Origin: Diadema antillarum
Taxonomy: Eukaryota
Length of the DNA stretch: 64,000 nt
Direction of reading: 5' to 3'
NCBI RefSeq assembly: GCF_040938485.1
Contig: NW_027271543.1
Location: 1,612,001-1,676,000 of the forward strand
How positions within the stretch are numbered: position 1 is the first letter of the stretch; every line of letters begins with the position of its first letter. Under the pieces are notes generated by a model. That model saw only the letters and a list, made by a program, of their open reading frames with translations. It was not told the DNA's origin and did no database searches. The position numbers and the translations under genes were made by a program. Below, in pieces: positions 50,332-61,057 of this stretch.

Positions 50332-50421
50332 GAAGTGAGGATACGAGAAGGACTGATCAATTTCAACCCCACAGAAGAACCAGTAAGCAGAGAGTTGCTG
50401 TCAGAAAAATTCACAGTCCTG
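50332..50421 (+). CDS. PTPN9: Next coding exon of the PTPN9-like gene, 90 bp, phase 0-0
   Basis: Translates EVRIREGLINFNPTEEPVSRELLSEKFTVL, matching recalled human ETRRKEGIVKLKPHEEPLRSEILSGKFTIL, which directly follows the previous segment. Acceptor ttttacag ends at 50331; donor gtaaga starts at 50422; the frame is continuous with the upstream exon. Confidence 0.92.
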
Positions 50422-52825
50422 GTAAGAGGAATTTTACATTACCACTTTTGGCTCTTTTTAACTTCTTTTTTTTTTCTTTCTTTTGACAAAGATACTAAGC
50501 TGATATGATTCAGGACAGAAAATGTACAATAGTACTTCACAATGACAATTTTCACAGGGTCAACAAGTCTGGAGAAAAGAATCGAGAACACAGTGGAAAT
50601 AAGCGGAAAGAGATAATTGAAGTGAGAGGGAAAAATTGATGTGATTTTATGATCTGCAGGATGGATCTGTGACCATGTTAACTATAATGGTTAGTTTTAT
50701 AGTTGTTGAATTTCTACTTGACCATGTGAAATCCACTTCTGCGTTTTTCAAGTTCAAATCAATAGGGAAGATCACTGGATCACCAGTGTTTCTTAAATTT
50801 TTGGGCTTTAACTGAGAATATGATTGATGATGTAGGACAAATGGCATGTGGAAAAGTAGGTTTCTAGCACACTGCTTTCATGTAAATTCTCATTTATTTT
50901 GATGCAAAAACTTAAATGAATGACTCTTATTATTCTTATCTATACTGGAAAAAAAAATCTTCTTCAATTGTGGAGGATGTACACTGTATTGTGTGGACAT
51001 TGTATTATGCAGAAACGAAGAATGTTGGTAAACAATAAGATGATCTGGGTGACTTGATATTTGCCAATGTCCAGTTCTGATTCAGTGTTTGCTTTGTCTC
51101 TTTCTTTTTTTTACCATTGGCATTTATGCAACTTCTTTATTTTCTGAGTACATTCTCTCTTAAGAGTTCGTTAGCAACCATCTCTGTGATTTATATCTAT
51201 TTTGATTTATATTTGATTTGTTACCAAATACATGTAGTTAGTGCCTGCAGTGGCTGTGCGGATATTCATGGGCCATGGCCATTGATATTTGGTCACAGTA
51301 TAACCTCTCATCACAGTTGACCCAAATCTTGGCATGGGAAATGTTGCTGGTAGCTGGTAGTTGAACAGATCTGCGAGGAATGGTTAACTTTGACTCGAGA
51401 GTTTAATTGGATGAAAACGGGTATTCCAGGGTTTAAATTCATACATTTTATGCGTGATAAGGATCACCAAGTCATGTCAATGCATGTGCACAGCTTAGAA
51501 GTTGGTCGTCAGATATTATGGTTCTTCAGTTGAACTGAATTTGGTTTGCTGCCCACCTACATAAAAAACCATGACTAGCGCAGGCCTGCTAGATTAGAAC
51601 TGCCTGTCAGCGAATATGCACACTGAAGTGTACACTTATTGCTAACGGTGAACTCTAGTTGAGTGAAATTCTTTAGCTATATGTGGGCTGTGTACAGCGA
51701 CTACGTACAAAGCTGAGCACCAGTCATTGCAGGGATTATGCTCTGATCTTTATGTAAGTATCTTACATAGAGATCAGTTGGATTATGATCCAAGCGATGT
51801 ACAATGTACATACACTGCTTGGGATCCAATCGAGCAAACTTTCCACCAGGTTCGGGTAGTCGGGTCGAAAACATATGGTATTTAAATTCTTTCTCTTTCC
51901 CTACGAGCCTTGCACAGATTTGAACCCCTGTGTCCCGTGTCCTGCTAAAGTGCAGACAAGTGAACAAATAGCATGCGTACGTAACTTTGACGATGATCAG
52001 CCTGTAAATCAGTGTGGCACTGTAAATAGTGTGTAGTTTTGTGCTTCCTTGTTCGTGGTCAAAGTACTAGCACCACAGGGATACTTCCTTCCTGCCACAA
52101 TGGACATCTTTTACTCTTTAGCTGCTTTTTTTTTTCTTTTTCTTTGGAATAGATGAATGGTATACTTAGTTCAAAAGCTGACCCACTTCTTTACAAAGAA
52201 GGGAAATACATGATATCATTGTGGCTTTAATTTAACTCGGAGCTGCACATGATCTCTTCCGGATTTTTCTTCATATTTGCAGGTTTTAAGAAAAAGTGTT
52301 GAAATTGTAAAAAGTTGATAAACCAGTATAAAGAATTTGCAGTAAACGTGGCTTTCTGCCAAAGAGTAAATGGAAAAGGTAATTGCTTTGAAGTGAGCGT
52401 ATGAAACAGGAAATGACCCCATTAAAGTCATGTATCCCATAAATATTAATGTGCAAGGAAAATTTCATGCTTCCAGTAAATCCTTTTCATGCGGCAGGGG
52501 ATGTGGCTACAATATCAATTTCATGCGTATGAAAGTCCATTACTTTCTGGAATTGGTAACTACTTCGAAAAAGCAAACAAACAGTTTATTCTACTATATG
52601 ATCATACACAGGAGTATCTTATGCAAATTTAGTAGAACTATGTGTACATGGCCACTGTGGAATGGTCTAAAGGGCACATCTCAACTAGTGTGCTGAGAAG
52701 CTCTCACAGGTTGGCCGAGATGTCAACAAAACATAAAAAAGAAAAGATTCATATTAAATTTGACTTAAAGTGTAGGAGTCAAAGTGGGCCTCGGGTTGAA
52801 AAAGGTTGAGAAGCATGGGTCTCAT

Positions 52826-53381
52826 GGCGCTTTCAGACACACCGAGTTATCGTATATTCTTACGATGTATGGATATATGACGTTTCGATATGAAAGCATT
52901 CAGACACAGCACCCCGTTATACGATAATCGTATCGGAGCAGGCAAACCTAGTGCATAAGCGATATTTTGTGAGTAGATGTGAATCTCTTCCATGCGCAGT
53001 ACGTAATCTACACAGGTTTTGCGCAAAGTGCTTATACGCTGCCTTGGATTCATCCGGTAGTTCGCGCCAGATCATTATTACATCACAATCAATCTGTCAG
53101 CCACCCGTTATAAGTCCGCACTGTGGATACGCGAGTTTTGTGCGCGCTGCGAATAAGCCCCACGTACTCATACGACGTATGGATATGAGAGCATTCAGAC
53201 TCAAATATACGTCATATGGATATAGGATAATGATTTGAAACGATGCTCAAAACATCGTTTCGATATACGATGTATATTGATACGGTGTTTCAATATTTGA
53301 GCATTCAGACACATAAAAATGTCCTTAAGATCCATACAAAAACTCAGAAAGGTCTGAAAACTCTGATAGTCTGAAAGAGGG
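52826..53381. mobile_element. Degenerate Harbinger-like non-autonomous element
   Basis: GGCGCTTTCAGAC...GTCTGAAAGAGGG ends; three internal GCATTCAGAC copies (52896, 53191, 53301); CpG-rich body. Confidence 0.55.
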
Positions 53382-55139
53382 GTATAACAATTCGGGTGTG
53401 CCTTGTGTGTCAGCTGTGCCTAAGTTAGTTTATGCATACCATACCAAACAGGACACTCTGTTGAATAGTGTCTTCTTGTTAAATATCAGTAGAGTAGTGC
53501 ATTCTCTTTTGTCTACGGTGATGAAAATGTCTCACAGTAGTATCTGTTATAAAATGGTAATATGGATCCTAATCAACTGATTGGCTGAGAGGTATCAATT
53601 GACCAGTCTTTTATTTTGTCCAAATGCCCAACTTTATCATCAGGCGTTAGTATACTAATGACCAGTACTGAAGACTGCTTCCCCCATAACAAATTCAAAA
53701 TTTCCTATATCTGATTGATGGCAATTATTCCTCTCAGATCCACCCAGTTCTTACTGAGAAGTGTCTCTTCAGGTTCTGGCAGAAGGAAACATCTCATTTC
53801 TCATGGAAATGTCACATTAAGAACATAAATTAAACACTGTGATATTGTTAGGATAGGATTGCCCTTTGAAGCTGCAGTGTGAGCCCATTTCTATTGGAAA
53901 CCAGTACGGTGCAGTCTTTGAAGAACTAGATCACTGACCTTAGGTCGGTCTCAGGGCTGCTAGCAGCTGAAAATAATGACTCATGTGAGAAAGATATCAT
54001 AATGTTTAGAAGATGCTCACCATATACAGAGTGTAACAGTATACAAATGATGCACAGGTTGGAGTGCATTATACAAATGATACACGGTTTTGATCTGCAT
54101 CACTAGGAATTATGTGCACAAGGTAACTATGGAATGTGAGGCAAAGACAAGTGGGTTTAGGCCACATTCCATAGTTACCACATGCACACTGTTCTTTCCG
54201 ATACACAAAAAAATACATAGATCATTTTGTTTTATAGAATGGTAACAAATTTTTGCCTGAAAGCCATTGCTTTAGTCATATTTCTTTTAATTTGCAAGCC
54301 TTTCTCTTTGCTGTGTCATAGAAAAAACCATGCATCAGTAACTACTGATGCATAAATTTTTTTACTGATACCTGACTAGCCATCTCTTGCCAAGTATGCG
54401 AATGCTTGCCAAGTGCACAAACACAGGCTACTCGTTCTTACTGTATGAATAGCAAGCCATCTCTTGCTAAGTGTACGAACTCTGTTAAATGAGTGTACAT
54501 GTGACAGCATGTTTACTGCGGGTATCGCCAGTGATCAAGCGTGCTGCCAGTAAAGATTGATACATGGCTGTCTACCAATGAGATTGCAGCTTTCTATTGA
54601 CCCTTTTGATAGGAATTATATGCATTTATAAGATGTATGGGTTTAGACTAGATTCCATAGTTACCGCATATTCCTACTGACAAACGTAAAGATGTGTGCA
54701 TCATCTGTTTTATAGCATGATGAATCCATTTTTTAAATCTTGTGTCTAATAATTGCTGATGCATGACAAATTTACTGTATGCATTTCCTTTTGGCTTGCC
54801 ATAGATGCATGACTAACCATTCTGCGCAACCAGTAATTGTAGCCATGCATCATGCTAGGTGTGCGTACTGGATTCACAGTAAATTCACTGGGTGCACGTT
54901 AGCTAGCCAATAGTCATTTCGTGCCAATAAAGTGTGCAAATGCTTGCTGAGTGCACAAACTATTCCAGCAAGTGCACGTTAGCATGTTTGCAGTGGCTAC
55001 CATGAGTGATCTTTATTGTCATTTGATATCAAATGAGCAGCTAATAAAATAACTCACAGCTCTTGACCAATGAGAGTGCGGAATTTTTTTGGTCCATTCT
55101 GTAATATTACAATGGTATTGCTATGTGAGTTTGACTGTT

Positions 55140-55572
55140 TAAGCATTTTTACATTTCCATCGCAGCCATCGCTGAGTGAGAAATCTACTAGTTCTTCAGT
55201 TTGTGATGTCACTTATGGAAAATGATATAAAGAGAATTTCTTAAAATAATATTTCGGGATCCTCTGACTTGTTTTTGACATATTTCAAGGATGATTTATT
55301 CCCCCTGCTTTTGAACAAGGTAAGGCAATTGCCTTTTTTACTATGTGAGAAAAATTCAAATATGTTATGGTGTTTTAGATATTTTCTTTATATCATTGTC
55401 CATACATGATGTCACAAAATCTTGTTGTCTTCCCATCCAGCAATAGTGACACCAAAACTTTAAAAATTCATAACTTTTGAACGGATTGTCAGATTTTCCT
55501 TAAATTTTCAGTGATGTGTTCTACTAATGTTGCTGTATTCGCTGAATCGACATTTGGGTTTCATTCTCCTCT
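55140..55572. mobile_element. Left-truncated copy of the same TTAA MITE family
   Basis: GGATTGTCAGATTTTCC...GATGTGTTCTACTAAT...TCATTCTCCTCT followed by TTAA; left boundary approximate. Confidence 0.7.
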
Positions 55573-55635
55573 TTAAGAGAACATGCTTCTCTACCGCACT
55601 AGTGTGAGCTATAATATGAGATGCATGTGTGTGTT

Positions 55636-55675
<40 letters not shown>

Positions 55676-56507
55676 TGTGTGTGCGTGCGTGTGTATTACA
55701 GCAGATATACATGTGCACACAGACACGCACCCCCCATTTGTTTATCCATTTATATTGAGGAGTTCTTGTTTTCCCAGTAAAGTATGGCGTGCCATTCATC
55801 ACATGGCTGATGAGTAAAACTGTGGGAGTTCACCTCCACTTCACGTCACAGTCTTGGCTGGCTTTAGTAATTCCCTTAATACAACTGTCAAAAAAGGGTT
55901 GAGATGCCTGGATGTACAAGTGCATACGCTTCTCCCCTTGCTCTCAGTAACATCTTGAACATGTGACAGTGAGTCATGTTGAGGGGGAACTAAAGCATGA
56001 TTACCCCAACTAATCTACCCCTCACCCTGCCTTCGTCCCTGCCTTCGTCTCTCAAACAGGAAAGCCGGTCTTGGTAAAGCCAAGGTTAATGCAATTATGA
56101 AATGGTCATGCCCCTCTTTATTGGCTTACGCAGTGGAGCGGGGTCACGCTGGCATGATATACAGGAGATGTGCTTTGTGACACAATTAGCACAGTAACGC
56201 TCGCTGATTTGAAGCTTCCATTGAGCAGCTTCATGATTGATAAAGTTAATATCCGTGTGTTCATCCAGATTGCAAACCCAAGCTTTAGCATTTAAGTAGG
56301 CCTATAGGATATCAAATGAGGGAAAGTTAGACTAGCATCAAACTTAGACATAGTTAGGCAAGGTTGTGTGCAAGAAAAGAGTTAGTATGAATCGTTCTAC
56401 TGTGCAGAAATGAAATTTGGTTCTGACTTCCGACATGTCTTTAAAATTCCAGTTAAGTCTCTTAAGTTTATGAAAATATGCAATGCTCATGATTAAAGTT
56501 AGAGTGC

Positions 56508-56701
56508 TACTGTAGAACGAGGAATGTTCGCGTGCATTTTAATTTCGTGAATTTCGCGAGCGCCAAAATTCACGAAAGTTCCTGTCTACACTATATGCAT
56601 TGAATGCCAGTGGCAGTTCGCGAAAATTTCATGCCGCAAAAAAGGCCGTCGGCTCCGATTCGCGAAAATTTCATGCCGCGAATATATCATGTTTTACAGT
56701 A
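56508..56701. mobile_element. TACTGTA...TACAGTA MITE (CGCGAA family)
   Basis: TACTGTAGAAC...GTTTTACAGTA with repeated CGCGAAAATTTCATGCCGC. Confidence 0.78.
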
Positions 56702-58039
56702 TTTAGTTTTAATGATTATTACATATACATGCATATGTGTGTGTATGTTAAGATAGATGAATTGATAGGTAGATAGACATACAAGGCTTATTAAACAAAG
56801 CAAATAGCACAAATAAGACAAAATTTGCCCTCCTTAGCTAGTGAATTCTTGATTGAAGCACACAATTTTATAGCCACAATTAATTGAACTGGAAGAGGCG
56901 AGAGTTTTGTGAAGGATAGTGATGTTGCCTTTAAATCATAGGACTGTCGGTTGTTATTGATGTGTCATGTTATTGAACCAACATCTTCAACGTACATAAA
57001 ATATATGCACTCTTACTACACACTTACACAGCTACACAGCTTCTATTCCCTCGAAACAGTCAAACACACCCAACTCTTCAGCGTGTGTCACCTTTATGAA
57101 TGTGATGACTAAATATGTGATGACAACTTCACAAGACGTGAGCTTTCAGCGTATAAATGACATCAGAGATTGCAAGATACGAGTGGGTTGAGATACGCTG
57201 TTGTACCTCGTGTCATCATACTTGCTTATTTCCAAGAATCGTGTGAACGTCCACTACGTATTATTATTTTTCTTCGTAGGTCCCTCAGTATCTGTTTTCT
57301 CAGTGATAAAGGGAAATCCCTACGTTCCTAGACTGTCATGCAGAATTAGGGGAAAAAAAGTGTGGATAGTGAGCAATGAAAACATTACCACAGACGTCTA
57401 TTGACGATTGAAAGTGAAAATGAGCAGTGTCATTGAACATGCAGTATTTATAACATGGAAAGCTTGCTCTGAGGAAATGCTGGAAGCCTTTGTCGATATA
57501 TCAGATAAGTCAAGATATCGAAGCTCAAACTGATGTTGCGTGAAATGTTATTGGTTTTGGGTAGGCTGTGAAAGAAGAGCAAAACCAAACTTGGATTTGC
57601 TATTCAAGAGATCGATTAGACCAACCAGTGAAAGTTTCATACCACTTGTATCAGATGTGAGATTGAATGGTGTGTTTATTGTCTGTTGTTTATATGATAA
57701 CATAATTTATCATTGAAATTGCAATCACTTCATGAATGTCATGTTGAAACCATGTTTTTTATTTATAATTTTGAAGACAGCGTTTCATTTTGTTTCATTT
57801 GGTCATGCTGCTGGGCTTAAAGATCAACATCTTGATTGCTGTAAAGCTTACAATGAATGAAGAGCGGTATTGAAGATGTCTTCACTTATGTAATTTAGTG
57901 TAATCTGAAAGTAAACTGATTTTTCCCATTTAAACGTAGTTATATTTAAGCCTTTAATAATGAAATAAATAATTAACCTTATTCTCTTTATAAGAAGTAA
58001 AGGAGGCAACCTTAATTGTCATAAGTTCTGGGATTGAAA

Positions 58040-58860
58040 GCCAGGGGATAGGGGAGGATGGTGGCTAGCAGGGGAGAGGAGAGTAGAGTGAGTAGAATTG
58101 AAAAGGAAGGAAGAGGAAGGGAGGGGGCGGAAGATTTGGAGGGAGAATGGTGGTAGATAGGAGAACAAGTGAATCAGAAGATGAGAAGAAAAGAAGGAAG
58201 GAGGAGCAGAAAAATCAGGTGAGAAGAAGGAGAAGCAGAAAGGGAGGGACAGAAGATTCAAAGTGAGATAGAAAGGAGAAGAAGGAAATCAGAAGATGGG
58301 AGGAGAAGAAGGAACGAAGGAAGGGGGAGCAGAAGATTCCAGGGAGGAGAAGGAGAAGTGGGAAGGGAGGGACAGAAGATTTGGAGGGGGGGGTAAAAAG
58401 GAGATCGAGTGAATCAGAAGAATCAGGGGAGAAGAAGGGGCAAGAAAGGAGGGATAAGATTTGGGGTGGGGTTAGAAAGGAGAACAAGGAAATCAGAAGA
58501 TGTAAGGAGAAGAAAGAAGGGGCAGTAGAAGCATCAGAAGAGAATAAGGGGAGCGAGAAGGGAGGAACAGGATTTGGAGGGGGGTAGAAAGGAGATCAAG
58601 TGAATCAGAGGAATCAGGGGAGAAGAAGGAGAGGCAAGAAGGGAGGAAGAAGATTTGGGGTAGGGTAGACAGGAGAACAAGGAAATCAGAAGATGTGAGA
58701 AGAAAAAGGAAAGGGGGCAGAACAAATGGGAGAAGAAGGGGAAACAGGAAGGGAGAGACTGAATATTCAAGGTGAGGGGGATAGAAAGAACAGAAAAATC
58801 AAAAGATAGGAGGGGAGAGAAAAATCAGAGGTGAAAAAAAGGAAGAGATGGATGGAGGAA
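58040..58860 (+). repeat. Purine-rich degenerate tandem array (GA-rich minisatellite)
   Basis: Recurrent GGAGAAGAAGG, AGAAGATTTGG, GTAGAAAGGAGA and GAATCAGAAG modules; + strand strongly dominated by G and A. Confidence 0.85.
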
Positions 58861-58881
58861 TCCGTAATGCTACGTTGACAC

Positions 58882-58998
58882 CATGTTCCCGGCGGCCGCA
58901 GCAGCCCCCTTTGCCTGAAATGTAGTGCGCGTAGGTCTCCCTTTTTTCCCCTCTGTATTCTAGTATTGCTCATTCCAGTCCTCGCTCCAGTGAACATG
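58882..58998. mobile_element. Possible short TIR element
   Basis: CATGTTCCCGG...CCAGTGAACATG imperfect inverted ends; no clear TSD. Confidence 0.3.
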
Positions 58999-59145
58999 TA
59001 GCTGTTGGAAGGTAGGCCTCGGGACGTGTTAAACGTGGCAAGATAATTATCATTATCGTTATGTAACAAACTACACACCAAACACACTCTCATCATACGG
59101 CCATATTCCAACGTCTCGAGTTATGATTCCACTCGATTTACTAAT

Positions 59146-59896
59146 TGTAATAACGGGCGTTGACAACAGAATATTTAAGTTTCAATACTATACACGCTTT
59201 ATTGTAGTGTACATCATTATATCACACGCAGGTGATAATCATAGGGTATTTCCCCCAGAATATGAATCAATCAGTGTATTGGTTATTTACGACTCTCCAT
59301 GAGCAATCACACCAAATTATATTTGGTCAAAACGTTTAAAAGGAGGTCTTAAAATTAAAGGGGACATACATGTGGTTATAATCATTATGAGCGGTAATAC
59401 AAATAAAATGGTGCATAAGTTACGAACCACCGCGACAGTCCGAACAGAGTCCCAAGTCGCTTCCAGCGTAAAATAGCGGCCACGTCACTCTCCAAAGGGG
59501 ACCTCAATCGCGATCGCGAACTGCAGTGCGCACTGCCACGATGAACTCCGGGTCGAGATGCTGACGTGTACACGTACTGTCTGGAACGGGACCGGTGTTC
59601 GCCGCCTCGTCGTCGCCCGGCACTCACATCAATAGCGTTGACATCGATTGTTACGGATGCGATCCCACTTGGAGATTCACAATAAATTTACGCTAGTTCG
59701 TCGAGAGCTGGACATGGATGAAGTTCATCCTTAGTCGTTGACGACGGGGTTGACGATGGGAGGAGATGCGAGATGATGAGCTTTGATGCAAGCCTCATGC
59801 AGCGTCCGCAAATATGACAGGAAGGCAACTCCTCTTCATAACAATTGTTCCACAACTATTTAGAATTAATGTTGCTTGAAACATGCACCTCACCGA
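59146..59896 (-). repeat. LTR-like segment (U5/R-like): either an older LTR interrupted by the second Gypsy or an extension of its LTR
   Basis: Sense end AATAAA (59198-59203)...CCCGTTATTACA (59146), then an AT-rich block and a CpG-rich block. This is the same layout as the R/U5 half of the first element's LTR. Confidence 0.4.
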
Positions 59897-60312
59897 TGTG
59901 GTGTATTGTATGAACTCCAAGAATTATAGTACAATGTAAAACTGACTCAATACGGGATGGACTTGACTCTGGAAAGTATAATATTACATCTCCCCTTTGT
60001 ATCGGACGCAGGGGAGCGATGGTCTATGTCCATCTCCTTTGGAGGTTGAGGAGCCAGAGTGAGAGAAAAAGCTATGTCCACGGTTAATGTTAGGAAAAGG
60101 GGGCTACGTGGCAAGTATGATGGGATAAGCCTACGTGTACCTTTTTACATAACCGTGGTCAAAGGACTGGTCAGCAAAAATTAGTTCTTTTGTTTCTTTT
60201 TGCCATCGGGGAGCGTCCGGAGAGAGTGACATGATTATATAATACCGATTGAAATAGCTCCCTCTCTCGGCCGGTGACTTATAGTCAGACTAACGGGGTA
60301 CGTGCTGCTACA
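59897..60312 (-). repeat. Probable 3' LTR of the second Gypsy (416 bp; an alternative end at 59146 is possible)
   Basis: Starts TGTAGC just after the PPT and ends CACCACA. The second LTR is outside the window, so the boundary cannot be confirmed. Confidence 0.55.
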
Positions 60313-61057
60313 AGGAATCCCCCCCTAGTACGTAAGTCCTGACCAGCACTGACGTACGACAAAAGGAAAAAATAACTGTATGTACACCGTTTTACTACCT
60401 GCCAAAAACACAATATCAATACAATGGTCGTGTATATACCCTTGAGGACTGCATGCAGGTTGTTAGAAAGCAAACAAAACTTATTGTAAAATACTGTACA
60501 TAATAATATGCTATGAGGTCGATCTGACTGAACCGTGTGTTGGTTCGACGTCCTCAAGCACGGACCATGTATTATAGCACGGACTCGATAATAATACACA
60601 CAGATAAAAATTTGTAACGGAAAGTACAAACAAAGCATATCGGCCAAGTATGACACAAAAAAGTGTATGTCATGTTGCTCGTGTCGTTCTGCGATGGCAG
60701 CCCCTAAGCGTTATACAATGTACTACATTTAGAGTATCGCAGAAAGCACACAAAGTAATATACATGTACAATAAAAATACGGAAACTTAATGTATCTGGT
60801 TGCAGTGAATCCGCCCGTGGTAAGTTTTCCTTCTATGGGGGTAACTCTGAGATCACGCAAAAGAAACTAAGATGATAACAAATTATCACAAAAAAAAATC
60901 CTGTACAAACTGTATACGGCCAAGGCGTACACATATAACATACATACTAATTACCTATGACAGTCACATAGTATTCACATTAATTAATTAAATCTGCCTT
61001 AAAACCTCGACATCATCAAGAGTGATGGCAGACGCCTCGTAACTAAATGAAATAACG

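Noticed and set aside
58019-58770. ORFs across the GA-rich array
   Set aside because: Low-complexity translations of a tandem repeat.
50422-59100. Search for the next PTPN9 exon (expected ...ALFTARLH...)
   Set aside because: No matching peptide seen; it probably lies beyond the window.
59897-59997. AAAGGGGAGA followed by TGTAATATT...CACCACA as a separate 90-bp mini-LTR with its own PPT
   Set aside because: No TSD. The purine run is equally explained by pairing with the nearby CTCCCCT, and a better PPT lies at 60319-60328.
60285-60656. 123-aa ORF in the 3' spacer as a possible env-like or accessory gene
   Set aside because: Composition (L/F/Y/C/I-rich) simply reflects a T-rich strand; there is no signal peptide, furin site or fusion-protein pattern, and it runs through the PPT into the LTR.
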